Made by a program: the position numbers and the translations under genes. Below the pieces are notes generated by a model. The model did no database searches, was not told where the DNA came from, and was given only the letters and a program-made list of their open reading frames with translations. Below, piece by piece: positions 40,901 through 54,400 of a stretch of DNA of 64,000 bases (position 1 is the first letter of the stretch; the number at the start of each line of letters is the position of its first letter). Source of the DNA: Stegostoma tigrinum (taxonomy: Eukaryota). The stretch lies in NCBI RefSeq assembly GCF_030684315.1, contig NC_081360.1, positions 36,749,818-36,813,817 on the forward strand, in the 5' to 3' direction.

Positions 40901-43900
40901 GTGCAAAAACATCATGTATGGATACATGTGTCCCTGCTCATTGTGTCTTGGCAGAAGCATCTAAGTCACTGAGGAGCTCAAAGTGTTGAAGACCTGAGTG
41001 GTGTCTGGGTAGGACCTAGAACAGCCATGATGATCTATTGAGCCTGCAGTTTTGCCGATCCTAAGTTGCGTGGACAAATAGGTGAAGATCATGGCCATGG
41101 AGCATGGAGGGACATTGTGCAGAAGAAGCGGTTGCATGAAGTCTAGGATAGACATGTGACAATCTGCAGTTATCAGGTACCCATTTAGTTTTACCTAACA
41201 CACTTTTCCACTACCTAGCTTCTTATGAGGTGCAATGTAAATAGGGCAAGTTGGGTATTAGTAATATGAAAATGCATGGAAATAAGATAGTCAATAGTCA
41301 AAGGTGAGATTTACCTTCCAGGGGGAACTGGAGTCTGTTGTGTGCTCTGCTTCATGGAGACTTGGCTCACACCTGCCATTCAGACTGTGCCCTACAAGCT
41401 GATGGCTTCTCCGTACATCGCATAGACTACATGGGCGTCCTCGGGTAAGGAAAAGGGCAGTGCATTATGTTTCCTAATCAACACCACCTGGTGCTCGGTC
41501 CTAGAATACCCTTACAGTGAAACACCATCCCTACTGTTTGCTGTGAGAGTTCACCTCAACCATCCTGTCAGCAGTCAACACACTTCCCCATGCGAATGTG
41601 AAGAAGGCACCAGACAAAATTTATAGTGCCACAAACACTCTAGAGATGAAATTCCCTGTGGCCCTATTCATCATGACCAGCGACTTCAACAAGTTAACAT
41701 CAAGAGGGTGATGCCAAATTATCACCAACACATCTCCTGTCCCACCAGAGGATCGAACATCCTGGACCACTGCTACGCAACCATCAAAGATGCCTACCGC
41801 TTCATCCCCTGCCCACACTTGGAAAATCCAATCACAGTCTTACTCCTCCCAGCTTACAAGCAGAAGCTGAAATGGGAAGACCCTTTGCAAAAAGAAGTAC
41901 AATGCTGGTCTGAGGCAACAGAAGACCATCTCTGGGAATTTTTGGAATCAGTGAACTGGACTGTAGTCAAGTACTTAGCAGGAAACTTAGATGAGTATGC
42001 CACCACCATCACAGACTTCATAAGCAAATGTGTGAAGGACTGTGTGCCAAAGAAGTCAATACAAACATTCCCCAACTGGAAACCTTGAATGAAATAGGAA
42101 ATCAACTCACTGAAGACCAGGCGTGACGCATTCATGTCAGACAACTCTAGACCTATACCGAAAATCCAGGTATGACCTCCTCAAAACTATCAGGGATACC
42201 AAGAAGCAGTACAGGACCAAGTTAGAGACCCTAACCAACCGAGCAGACTGCTGCCGTCTTAGAAAGACCTGAACAACATTACGGGATACAAAATGAAGCA
42301 ATGGGCCTAGACAGAATCCCTGTACAAGCACTTAGATCCTGTGCAGACCAACTGGTGAAGGTATTCACTCACTGAAATCTTCAACCTCTTCCTTCTACAA
42401 GCCAAAGTCCCCACCTGCTTCAAGAAGACCACCATCAATGCAGTACCTAAGAAAGCATGTGCAACATGCCTTAATGACTACCAGTGGTTCTGACCTTCAC
42501 AATCATGCAGTGCTTTGAGAGGCTGGTCATGGCCCACATCCCCTGTAGCCTCCCAGCCTTCCTTGATCCCCTACAACTTGCCTACCAACACAACAGGTCC
42601 ACAGGGAACACCATTTCCCTAGCCCTGCACTCATCCCTCAAACATCTGGACAAGGACACCTGCATCAGACTTCTGTTCATTGACTACAGCTCTGCCTTCA
42701 ACACCATTATTCCCTGCAGACTGATTTCAAAACTCTGACCTTGCTCTCAGTTCAGCCCTCTCCAACTGGATCCTCAGCTTTCAGATCCACAGGCTGCAGT
42801 CAGTGATGATCAATAACTGCACCTCATCCACCGTGTTAGGACAGATATCCAACAATGACAAGTCAGAATACAGAAAGGAGATAGAGGGCTTGGTGATGTG
42901 GTGCAGTGAGATCCACCTCTCTCTCAATGTTGGCAAAACTAAAGAACTAATCATTCTTTTAAGAAAGAAAGAAGAACATGCTCTCATCTACATCAATGGA
43001 GCTGAAGTTGAGAGGGTGGAGAGCACCAAGTTCTTAGGAATGACAATGACTGACAATCTGTCCTGGACTTCACATGTAGATGCAATGGTCAAGAAGGCAA
43101 CAATGCATTTTCTCCCTCGGGTAGCTCAGGAAATTTGGCATGCCCATAAGAACCCTTTTACAAATGTGCCATTGAAAGCATACTGTCAGGGTGCATAATG
43201 GCCTGGAATGGCAACTGCTGTGCCCAGGAACTTAACAAACTACAGAAGGTTGTGTGCTGTCATCACCTTTCATCCACGGACTCTATTTACATGGCTCATT
43301 GCTGTGGAAATGCTACCAATATGATCAAAGACCCATTATGCACTGGTAATGCTCTCCTACAACCATTTCCATCAGCAGAAAATACAGAAGCTTGAACACA
43401 CACACTTGCAGGTTCAAGAACAGCTACCTCCTGGCTGTTATTACCTTGATGATTGGACTCTAGTGGGAATAATGTCGAGTTTGCCAGAGTGACGATAACC
43501 TACAACCTGTCCTGAACTTGCCATGTTGATGCAACAGTCAAGAAGGCACAACAATGACTCTTCATCCTCAGGTGGCTCAGGAAATAATGCTGATCTTGCT
43601 TATGTTGATCTTGCCTAGTGCATGCCTTGTGCGATGTAACCTGTTTTATTTTTCACCCTGTCATCTGTATGTCCTTGCTGCCTATGATCTGCCCGTACTG
43701 CTTGTAAACAAAGCTTTTTACTGTACTTAGGTACACATGACAATAAAGAAATCATTAAATCAAGTTCTGAAATCACCATCGAAGGTTGGACGGAAAAGTT
43801 TTTCTGAGGTCGAGAATTCTATTTTTTTCATTCCACAGTGGGGAGGGGAAAATGTCTGCCCTTTCTGTGGCCTGACATGGTTTCCAGCTGTTTTGTTATG

Positions 43901-44663
43901 GCCTGGTGTGATGTTGTCTACATACCAGAGATTCCTTATGCTGTTGCCTCCTATGATGCTGCTATATCTCTCTGGGATTGTTTTCATCATCCTCTGTCCC
44001 CCAGCATTAAACAACATGGTTGACAGAAGGCATCTCTGCCTGACTCTCACTCAAATTGGAATTGGCTTGTGTGTCTCTTGTCAACTATTTCCGAAGATTT
44101 TCCGTACAGATCTCTTACTGGCCATACAAGACAGATACTCCACAGTCTGTGTACATGCCTTCTATTAACATCATGCTGGACAATATTGAAAGCTTTTGAA
44201 CAATTGATGAATTAATTAAAACTGGGCCCCTTGTTTAATGAGATTTCCCCATGGGATTTCTGAACTTAAAACATACCATGCCACCTGCATAAATTCGAAT
44301 TTATTCAAAGATTCTGTGTATTATTTTCCTTTCACTCATTTTTCTTGGCAAACTGTGTTTATTTTGCCAGCTTATTTAACAATTACGTTAACAAAAGCAT
44401 TTTATTCTTGATAGAATTCAACATTGGAAGAGAAGGATGCACCTGGTAACTTCTTACGTTGGGTCTACTCAAGGTGAGAGATTGCTTCAAGGAACTGTTA
44501 TTTCATTTTTACTTCTGTGTTAGCTACTATGATTTTCTTTTCCTATTGCAGGAAACCAGTGTTTGTTCATCAAGTACGTGGCCGGTTTGATGTTGGAAAT
44601 CTTCCGGCTTATATTGACTGTACCACATATTTCCAGAAGCACAGAAAGGAATTATTGATTTAA
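31777..44663 (+). CDS. Sugar-1-phosphate nucleotidyltransferase-like protein (NTP_transferase / GT-A fold), 271 aa, 8 coding exons
   Basis: Exons 31777-31968, 34444-34533, 35345-35424, 38560-38675, 38763-38860, 39092-39160, 44415-44473, 44552-44663 (816 nt, all GT-AG, frame continuous). Motifs: [55 protein letters not shown]. Confidence 0.9.
32579..34315 (-). mobile_element. 5'-truncated CR1-clade LINE with uninterrupted RT frame, antisense in nucleotidyltransferase intron
   Basis: 554-aa ORF: [50 protein letters not shown]; 3' UTR ending in short tctataatcta repeat. Confidence 0.93.
34444..34533 (+). CDS. Nucleotidyltransferase coding exon 2
   Basis: tttgcag|ACAAAT...GAA|gtaagt; [30 protein letters not shown]. 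Confidence 0.85.
35345..35424 (+). CDS. Nucleotidyltransferase coding exon 3
   Basis: cccacag|GAACGG...GAGG|gtaagt; [27 protein letters not shown]. Confidence 0.85.
36140..37470 (-). mobile_element. Decayed CR1-clade LINE
   Basis: Frameshifted remnants ([35 protein letters not shown]) similar to the 32.6-34.3 kb element. Confidence 0.8.
38560..38675 (+). CDS. Nucleotidyltransferase coding exon 4
   Basis: tttcag|TGACAC...GAAG|gtcaat; DTLFYEDF...YFCKDE. Confidence 0.85.
38763..38860 (+). CDS. Nucleotidyltransferase coding exon 5 (alternative start 38760)
   Basis: CAGCAG tandem acceptor; [33 protein letters not shown]; donor GCT|gtaaga. Confidence 0.85.
39092..39160 (+). CDS. Nucleotidyltransferase coding exon 6
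   Basis: ttccag|TGCCCA...CAG|gtaagt; [23 protein letters not shown]. Confidence 0.85.
41335..43460 (+). mobile_element. Decayed Rex1/Babar-type LINE
   Basis: [64 protein letters not shown]...LSW across broken frames. Confidence 0.75.
43790..44180 (-). mobile_element. RTE-type LINE remnant
   Basis: [13 protein letters not shown]...[15 protein letters not shown] resembles RTE RT (GVRQGC..SP.LFN...NLRYADD). Confidence 0.5.
44415..44473 (+). CDS. Nucleotidyltransferase coding exon 7
   Basis: gatag|AATTCA...AAG|gtgaga; [20 protein letters not shown]. Confidence 0.85.
44552..44663 (+). CDS. Nucleotidyltransferase last coding exon
   Basis: ttgcag|GAAACC...ATTTAA; [36 protein letters not shown]; AATAAA at 44955-44960. 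Confidence 0.85.
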
Positions 44664-45243
44664 GTAACTTGCAGTTTTCCAAAGGATTTAAAAGCTCTGG
44701 AGAACGAGCCTTGTACAGCATCTGTACTTCTTCTTAATGTTTTCCAAGGAGAAACTGGTTAATGTTTTTATTTAGAAAAAGCTCTAACCATACATTTAAT
44801 TCCTAATCCTGCATACAGAATTAAGGTTTGAATTATTGCTTTTTAAAAAAGAACTTCTATTTTACTAGGATAAATCAATGAATGAAAGTACAGCTACAAT
44901 GTATGAAAGTAGGTAATATCCATGAACATTCCAGAACAATGTTACTTTATTAAAAATAAAGTAACAATTTTTAAAATAATTCAGCTAAAAGACACCCTAA
45001 AACGAGTTAAAGTCTTTATATAGCAACTGCATGAAAAAATGGTGAAGTTAAACTTTCTAATATTTGCAGTCACACATAGAGCGCATCACAGAGAAATCAG
45101 TTTGTTGGACTGATGTAAAGTTCCGGAATATGATAGCTTAAATGGTCTCATTTTGTACTATAAACTTACAAGTGTTAGAGGTCAAGCATGTTAAAGTAGC
45201 CTAAAAGAATACAGAGAAGTTAAAAAAACACTAGCTTTTTAAA

Positions 45244-45596
45244 GATAGTAGGAACTGCAGATGCTGGAGTATCTGAGATAACAAGGTGCAGAGCTGGATG
45301 AACATAGCCGGTCAAGCAGCGTCAGAGGAGCAGGAAAGCTGACATTTTGGGCCTGGACCCTCCTTTTAGAAAAACCCGGAAGGGTGTTCTGAATAAATGG
45401 GGGGTGGGGTGGGGTGGGGAAGGCAGATAGAAGACGGATAGAGGAGAATCCTCTATCCATCTCCCCCCCCTCTCTATTTATTTCAGAATCCCCTTCCCCT
45501 TCCCTGAAGGGGGGTCCAGGCCCAAAACATCAGCCTTCCTGCTCCTCTGATGCTGCTTGACCTGCTGTGTTCATCCAGCTCTACGTCTTGTTATTC
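45244..45596. mobile_element. Fold-back Penelope derivative between convergent 3' ends
   Basis: TSD ctagctttttaaa 45231-45243 / 45597-45609. Confidence 0.85.
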
Positions 45597-46744
45597 CTAG
45601 CTTTTTAAATTTTGTAATTATAAAGTTAACTGCAGTCATAACATTTACACACTCCTGTGCATCAATCTCAGTAATTTTAAGAATAAATTTACCAATTTAA
45701 GATGGTAAAGTTAAGTGAGTTGAGGAATTCTGGAGCCAAGGATTGAGTCAAATCAAAGAAGTTACATTTCTTTCTAATTTTAAGGAACCTTTGTCAGAGA
45801 TAAATCAAGTGAAAATTAAATCTTTGTTGGGAAAGAGTGTGAAAAATATTTTTATTATTTAACAGGCAAAGCTCAATAAAGGGTGGGGGGTAAGAAGTGT
45901 GATTGAGGTATAATTGTGAGGCACAGACACAGTACATGGTAAGAATCTCTTTCCCCATAGTGTGTAAGACCAGAGGGCATAAATTTAAGGTGAGGAATAA
46001 GTGGTTTAGAGATCCGAAGGATTTTTTCCCTCCTTACCCAGTGGTAGAAACATGAGAGGGTGGTGAAGGCAAATACTCCTGCAACATTTAAGAAGCATCT
46101 GCATGATCACTTAAATTGCCAGGGCATAATAAGCTATGGACCAAATAAAGATAAATGGGATTAATGTAGTTTGGTGTTTGCTGGTAAGCATAGTCATAGT
46201 AGATCAAAGGGCTTTTTTCTATGATGCATGATTCTATGCATTAAGAAACAGATTTGCATTAAGTTTGAGATCCTGAGCTAAATCATGCAGTTTGGTTGAC
46301 CACACATTTCCAAAAATTTGATTATTTCCTGTCTGGCAGCATCAAAGACAGAAAACAGTTAATATTTCAAGTCCAGTGGCCCTTCATCAGAACTGACCAG
46401 TGTTTGTTTCAGATTTCCGGAATCTGCACTTCTGTATGTTTATTTTCTGTCTGAATTAGTTGGGTTAGCCACTAAAGGAGTTACCATCTGCTGGTGCTGT
46501 GAATGGGAAGCAAATTAATTGATTATGAAATGCAATTGCAATTTCTTTAGAGAATGAGTAATTCCAAGATCTGACTTTCAGCAATATACAGTACTCATTT
46601 AATTGCATTATATACATGGTATAACAACAGGCTAACAGAACGCCCCCTGCAATTGTATTTTGATTGGTTTAAGTTTTGGCATTAATATGGCAGTTCATTA
46701 TTTTTCAGTGCCAGTTTCAGGGAAAGCAAAGTACAGCACAATGA

Positions 46745-47000
46745 CTAATCTATCGAGCTTTGTGATAGCCTGTTACATTTATCAGAAGCCTTTTCTTTGT
46801 GGTTTTCCATCTTTGCAATGCGAGATCCAAACTGCATGGCTCTCTTTGGGAGAACAGCAGATGCTGTAAGTCCAAGTTCCTTTGCAGCCATTCGTAGAAG
46901 CAATTTTTCGCCGATCCCTCGAGGCAGAGTCAAGTCTGCTTTCTCCCACACAGGAAGTGAATTCAGAAAAGAAACAACTGCTTCATCCAAAAACGGAAAT
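46745..47000 (-). CDS. ASNSD1: ASNSD1 last coding exon
   Basis: tttcag|ATTTCCG; FPFLDE...SQSSID*; candidate polyA signal on minus strand at 46444-46439. Confidence 0.93.
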
Positions 47001-50000
47001 CTGAAATGACAAAGATTTAAAATGTTTAACAATTTTATCATATGTATCTTGTATAAAATTCCTTAACCATTCATTCAATTTTTATATTACCATTTCCTCC
47101 CTAACTGGCTTTATGCTGAGCTTGAAGTGCTATGTACACTATCACTCAAGGTTAACAACAGAGGGCAATGATGGCAATCAGAGGAGATGCCAGTGATTGC
47201 CTCAGTGAAACTGTACCAGTCAGATTGTCTTTCTAGCACGGTAAGAAGCTACAGGATAAACGTATAATGATATCTACTAACTATACCACAACTCACCTTT
47301 TTAAAATGCTTGTTTTTTTTTGCTTTATGTACTGTTAAAAATGAAAACAACCTGAGTTATGTCAAATACTATTGTATTTCTCAAAAAACCAAAACTGCAG
47401 ACAAGAAAAAATTGTCAGTATACAACTGCTGGTCCAACACCATTGGTATTGTCGGAAACCAAGCAAGATACAAGCCCACGTGGCTGTGTTTTTCCAGATC
47501 GTGAAGACTGCTTAAGTGAACTGGCTAGTTACATCTCATGTTACTTCTGATTTAATTACTAAATTGTGTCTGTTTGTCTTCGTAAGATTGAGGAGTAGAA
47601 TTTTTAAAAAAAAGAGTTTAAATCAAACATTAGATTACTAGATATAACTTTGCTCTGTTAAAGTTATTATGAATAAATTGTTAATTTTGTTTCCACTATA
47701 TTGGTGCCTGTTATCAGTTATTCAAAAAAGTTGATCAGGAATTCTTTGGAGCTTTGTGTTGCAAATACAGGGATATGGAGGCTGATTTGATTTGGCTTTC
47801 TGTCATAACACCAATTATAACCATAAAATTCAAAAGATCATTAACCCCAACTGGTTCATTAATGTCTTTTACAGATGGCTTATACGTGACTTGAAACCAA
47901 TGCAATGTGGTTGACTGTCAGCTGCTGTCTGAAATATCCTAGCAAGCCACTTAATTACAATCACACTGCAAAAAAAAACTTGAAAGAACCACTTTGCATC
48001 AACCCAGGCACCAGCAACAACAAAAATCTAAATGTCTCAACAGCAGGACAAACCCAGCAGAGGTAGCAGTACAGTGGTATACATTTGGGAGGGAGCTGCC
48101 TTAGGAGTCCTCAACATTGACTCTGGACTGCAGGAAGTCTTTTAGCATCAGGTCAAAGACCACATATGTAAAGTCTGCTGCTGCTGAGTTAAAAGTACAT
48201 GGGCAATCTTCAATTTTAAACTTCAGCTTTCTCTTGAGTTTGCAACAAAATTTGCATTCAGTGGTGAATTATAATGCATTTTTGCATTACAACATGTTCA
48301 AAGTTGGCACAGACGTACCTTGCCTCTTTTCCATGGTCTCCAATGACTCGGTCATCTCGCCCAAGATTACGTGAGGAAATGCGTCCAAGTTCCATCCCCA
48401 GTTCTTTGACTAGGCCTTCAAAACCTGATGTTTTGTAGCAGACACGGTGACGAGAATAACCCGCAAGTTGTTCATCAGCTCCAATCCCAGTCAATACCAC
48501 CTTTTAAAAATAAGTCCATAAAGATTTTACTCCAGAATCTAAAATTAAAATGTACTACTGTTCCAGAAACTAATTACTTTACATAGTAAAGCAAATTCTG
48601 TTTATACCAAGCCATATTTACATAGGCCAAAATGTGCATCTTAATTTTAGATATTGAGACTTCAAATTACTAAATATTGAATTTAAACCTGTGGTTATCT
48701 TTTAGCATAGTTGAACATGCAGCTTGTTGCTGCAGTAAAATAAGATCAACTTTGAAACCCATTTAATAAACTGTTGCAAAGTGAAGTTACGTGGGTTTCA
48801 CAATTTTTGCAGCATTATCAAATGTTGTTTTGATGAAAATACAATGGACAGAGGATATAGAGAGAAGTTGTGGCAGTTGAGGGAAAAGAAAAAGTACAGC
48901 TTGTTTAAAACTCCAAGTACAAACCAGGAAAATCATCCTATTTCCAGTCATTCATGGTCTGTAAAAAAATAAACTAAGTTTCATCACAGCACCCTCAGTC
49001 TCAAACTGGAGAATGGAGACCTGGTTTCCTCAATTACTTCATTACTACAAGTTTGCCATTCCAAGGATTTGTTCGGCAAACTTTACTACAAATTTATCCT
49101 TCCTTGGATAAGGTGAACAAAACTACACAGTACTCTGGGTGAGGTTTCACATGGTTCTGTGTAAATACAACAAGGCCTCTTTACGTCTGTACTGATTTCC
49201 TTAAAATGAATTGTCAACATACTGTTTTTGCCCCTCTATTTGCTTGCTGCACGTACATGCCAGCTTACAGTGACTCGTGGACAAGCACGCTCATTCTTTT
49301 GGATATATACATTTCCCAACCTGCCACGATTTAAGAAGTCTTCAGCATTTCTAATTTTTTTTGGCCAAAGTGAATACCTTCCCACTTATTTACATTTTAT
49401 TTCAGCTGCATTTTCAAACCTGGGGGTCTGAAAACTAGTAACTGTTCCTCTTGCATCTCCATGCCAATGATGACCCAACCATATCTTATGCTTTTTCCTA
49501 TGTTCTAATCCTGATGAATGCAAAAAAAGCTTTGACATCATATTGTCTTTTAGCAATGTTTAAATTCTTTGAAGCTGCCTAAACCCCTAAGGGCAGATCA
49601 AAGACAAAATCTATTTGAAGAACAGTAGTGAAATGTTGAACAAAATCATTGGGAGCAACCATTTTCTTCTAGATCAGTCTGATTAATTGAGGGCCTCATT
49701 TCATTTTAAGATTAGTTTGTTGAAATTAACGCTAAATTCCTCAATGATGTTGAATGCAGGAAGTTTCTTTGTCGCTTTCTACATATGACTTAAAAGAGTA
49801 CACAAAACAATAAATTATGTGGTGTGTTTCTTTTTCAGGCAAGAGAATAAGTGGAGGTAGAGATTTTTGCGTTCAAAATGCGGGATGAAAATTATTCTTT
49901 TAGGGATAATATCACACCTTTGCACAGCTTATATATGGTTGGATTTCTCCATTACTTGTCCTGGTACCAATACCTCTTGCAGCAAACCACACAGCACAGC

Positions 50001-51357
50001 CAATGCTGTCATCCAGTACTGTGTCCAAAGGTCGCACCAAATGACTAATCCGCTGTTGTCTCATTTCATTCAGCTCTTCTAATGTGATATTGATTTCTAC
50101 AAAATTCCAATTTCTGGCAGGGTTTATAATTTGTAATTCTTTTAAACCTGACAGTCCACTGATCCGGTCAGGCACATTAAAACTAGTTGTCTCTTTAAGA
50201 CCACTATTGTCCTCTTGTAGAGTTTCCTCTTCAAGTGCCCTGGAAGCATTGCTTTTCTTTTGTTTCGCTGAGGTCTTCTGCTGCTTAAAGGCAACATTCA
50301 ATAGATCAATAGGTTCATCTTGTGGAATATGATGGTCAGCCAAGGCTGCGAGAACCATAGAATCAACACCGCCAGAAAACAGAATAGCAACATTTGCTTT
50401 ATTAGACACTGTGAACTGGGATGAGGGGTGAATTTGACATCTTGGTAAGAAAAGCACTCGACGTCTAACAGATTCACTCAAAACATTAATGAACTGAAGA
50501 ACTAATTTCTTCTTCTTTTCATCTGAAAGAAAACTCTCAACATTTACTGAAGATGCTTCACTATCTGCAGTGTCAACACATGTCTCACACACACTGTAAT
50601 TCATTGGAGTAATGGGTGCTATAAGGAAAAGTTTTGATCCATTCAAAAATACAGAAACAAAACTAGGTAGTTCTTCAATAAACTGAACATCTTCACCTAA
50701 ATGTAAAGTCTTGAATTCATATTCAATGGACCTATATTTCCATGGATACCATGATATTGCCAATGAATTGCCACCGGTGTTTCTCTGGAGGTCAATTTTG
50801 TAAATTCCACGTGCTGGTACTTCCTGCCAAGGAATATTTCCATACTTGGAAACAGACTGACTCAGACTCACTGATGTAAGTGTAAGATAGAGATTTCCAG
50901 CATTCTTAAACTGCCACAGTAAACTACGCCGACCAAAAAAGTCTCGACCAAACCACAAGCAGTGACTGAATGCTTGGTAGTATATAAACGTCCAAGGTCC
51001 TTGAATAGCAGAAAAGACAGACAGAGTGGATTCTTCATTCTTACATGAAGACAAATGTTGAAGAATAATCTGAGTGTCATTGCCTTCGGGTCCAATTTCA
51101 ATTCCTCCAAAAACCTCCCCATTCCAAAGGAGAAGGTTTCCCTGAGTGTCCTGCAGAGGTTGTGGCTTTAGGCACCCTCTCATATGAAGCACATGACCAG
51201 AGAAAAATATATTATAACCCAGTTCAGGCACTTCCTTGGATAACTGTTGACTGCAGTTAGGTCCTCTCCGTTGTAGGCTTTCAAGCGTATCTTTTCCCAA
51301 AGTATTAGAAATACCTTCCTGAGGGTTTAGAACTAACATACAACAAATACCACACAT
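46745..51357 (-). CDS. ASNSD1: Asparagine synthetase domain-containing protein 1, 625 aa, 3 coding exons
   Basis: Exons 51357-49918, 48500-48319, 47000-46745 (1878 nt). N-terminal MCGI (Ntn amidotransferase), [63 protein letters not shown]. Confidence 0.96.
48319..48500 (-). CDS. ASNSD1: ASNSD1 middle coding exon
   Basis: taaaag|GTGGTA...GCAAG|gtacgt; [19 protein letters not shown]...GKEAR. Confidence 0.93.
49918..51357 (-). CDS. ASNSD1: ASNSD1 first coding segment (within exon 51485-49918 shared with ASDURF)
   Basis: 481-aa ORF in track; donor AAG|gtgtga after 49918. Confidence 0.95.
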
Positions 51358-51420
51358 TTTGTGTGTGTTTCAATTTACTTAGTAATTTCAATCAAGAACA
51401 AATGTTGATCTTGCTGTTAG

Positions 51421-51485
51421 TTATTTGGTAGTTTTTTCAGCATTTTCTAATTCTTGGTATTCTTTCTTCATCTCATCAAGAGCAC
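51421..51485 (-). CDS. ASDURF: ASDURF last coding segment, 63 nt upstream of ASNSD1 ATG
   Basis: tttacag|GTGCTCTT...AAATAA. Confidence 0.9.
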
Positions 51486-54400
51486 CTGTAAAAAGTACAG
51501 TTATTGTTAGACTTTTGAAATGACGCATAATCTAACTTATGAGAAAGTAACACGTAAATAAATAATGCAATCACAGCAGTTTTCCTACAAAAAGATACAA
51601 ATTGATTTGAGTTTCCTAAAGATTTGAACAAGGCGAACATTCCAAAAGTAAAAATGCCTGTGGAAAAATAAACTGTTGTCTTATTCTATTCTTTTAACAC
51701 AGAGAAGGTTTTTTTAAATTCATTCATGGGTGGGGGGTGTTGCAGGCTAGGCCAGCATTTATTGCTTATCCCTAACTGCCCAGAAAGTAGTTAAGAGTCA
51801 ACCAGATTGCTGTGGGTCTGGAGTTACATGCAGGACAGATCAGGTAGGAATGGCAGTTTCCTTCCCTAAAGACATTAGTGAACTAGATGGGTTTTTCCTG
51901 ACAAACAACAATTCACTGTCATCTTTAGTTTCTTATTTCCAGACTCTCAGTGAATTAAAATTCCACCATCTGCCATGGCAAGATTCGAACCTGAGTCTCT
52001 GGATAACAGTTCAGTGATAATACCACTCGGCCACTGCCTCCCCTGTGAGCACATTATAGGCAAAAGATTCACGCCAAAATTAGATGGTGTAAGAATACAT
52101 AAATCCTATAATCTTGTTTTTATTGAATGAAGAGGAGAATTAGAGACTCTATCAAATATTTTAATAACTACCTTGGGTGTCCGCCATATTTACATATTTA
52201 AGTACATTATTTGGTCCTTTCAGAATTGCAATATAGGTTCTAAAACTTAAATCTGTAATGAGATCAGTTTTCTATTAACTATGTTATTACTAGTTTCAGT
52301 TTAATGAATATAGAAAATGAGAAGTAGATGATGTCAGCAGGAATAGGCTAATTGGTCCTTCAAGCTAGCCTTGTCATTTGACAAGATCATGGTTGATCTG
52401 ACTGTTACTTTAACCTACTTTCTTGGCTACAACTGACATTCTTTCCTAACTTCTGTGTTAGTTAAGAATGTATCCACCTCTATCTTTAAAATATTCAATG
52501 ATACTGCTTTCACTGCCCTGTTGAGTGATAGAACAGGTTTTTGTTTCAGTTCCTTGAAATATATATTAAATATATATAGATTTCTACATATTAAAACATG
52601 AAGGGATACAGGACAAAGCAGCAAAATAGTGTTGCAGTAGAAATCAGCCATGAACTTGTTGAATGGTGATGTGGGCTTATAAGGTTAAAAAGTTTACTCC
52701 TGCTTCTATTTCTTATGTTTTTGAACTACTCTTGTGGACCTCCTAATTATCAGTTCAAGGCAGGACTAAAACGATTGACAGCTAGTCTCTCAGAAGGGGT
52801 GGCGCAAACGAAAAGGACATATTAAAGGAGTGGGAGAAGGCGAATTAAAAGTGGAGGAGGAAAAGATGATCTAATGTTTGTGTTGCATGAATATAAATGT
52901 AACAAAGGAATATTCAACCCATTCTGCATAGTTGCAACATATGAACCACTTACTACGCTCAATGCATTTTACAAACACGCGTAAGATACATTACTTACAT
53001 TTACATTCACTTAGAGTCTGGGTTTGATCTGCCAAGAAAAATATATTGCTGTTGGGCTGTTGCTTATAAACTCTCTGAAACAGAATGAATAACAAGTATT
53101 AATAAAACTAAAACTAATCACGGAATCACTTTGTAAAAAAACAATACTGAATCTAGTTTGGAGAATGGAACATAAGTGAAAATATGTGGAACACGTTTTC
53201 AGCGGGGGATCATTTGGAAAATAGTGATCACAAGAATATTAGAGTTGAAACAGTTTTGGAAAGCACAATGAAAAATCAGATGTGAGAACATTCAGGAAGA
53301 GTTAATTTTGGTCAGTTGGAAAGGCATCTGGTTCACGTGCACTGCAATCAAAGATTAACTGGTAAAATTGTAAATAAGCAACGAAATATTGATTGGATGC
53401 AGACTGCACAGCTGCCTCAATATCTAACAGTATGGAGATTAAAATGAAACATAAGTGTAAGCTTTTGATAAATACAAAGTAACAACTTCATAACTTGTCT
53501 ATAGACAGGTGGCTGGTCTCATGTTTAAACAATACTGGAGAAGCTTCTAGCTCTCTTCCTCCTGTGTGGAGAAGTAACAGAAATATGCCTGGTGGTTGTT
53601 CTTACTCAGCATTTCCTAAAGACTGCACTCTCTCCAAATTCTTTGTTGAAGGGAAAAAAAGCACGTTCAGAAACACTGAAAAAGTGAACTCTCAACTTTG
53701 AAATGAAAGACTCATAATGGACATAATTTCAAGGTCTGCAGATGACATGAAAAATTGGTAAAATTGGTAAACAATTGGCAAATGAAATTCACAATGAAGA
53801 AATAAGAAGGGATACATTTTGCTAGGAATGATATCAGTCAAACTTAAGTGTATAATTTTAAGAGGGGTGCTTGACAGAATACCTGGCATAGGCAGTTCAG
53901 AAGACTATTAAAAAGACTGACAAAATCCTTGATTCTGTAAACAGAAGTAACAAGTACAAAAGTAAGCAAGCAAGTTTATCTAGCACTAGTTAGGTCTCAC
54001 CTGGAGGCTCGTGGCAAATTCTAAATACACACTTTGGCAAGGATATCAAACATTGGAAATGCTATTAAGAATGTTAAGAGGAAATTTCATAGAAGTGTTC
54101 AAAATCACGAAGAGTAAATAAGAACCTACTTCCAGAGGGGTAATGGTTTCTAACCAGAGGGCAAAGATTAATGGCATTAGCGAAAGAACCAGAGGCAATG
54201 TAAGGAATTGCACAGTAAAGTGTTGATCTACATGCACTTCCTGAAAGGGTAGCTGAAGCAGATTCAGTATCAATTTCCAAAATGGAATTGGATAAATACT
54301 AAAAGAATAATGGAAAAAAATGGAAGTGGGACTCACTGGATAGCTTTTACAAGGAGCTGCCACAGGCATGTTGAGCCAATTAGACCCTTCTGTTCAGGAT

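Noticed and set aside
51355-51423. ASDURF stop is in frame with the ASNSD1 ATG (63 nt spacer) and followed by CTA, hinting at a readthrough fusion
   Set aside because: The spacer contains further in-frame stops (TGA, TAA, TGA), and the stop is TAA rather than the leaky TGA-CTAG.
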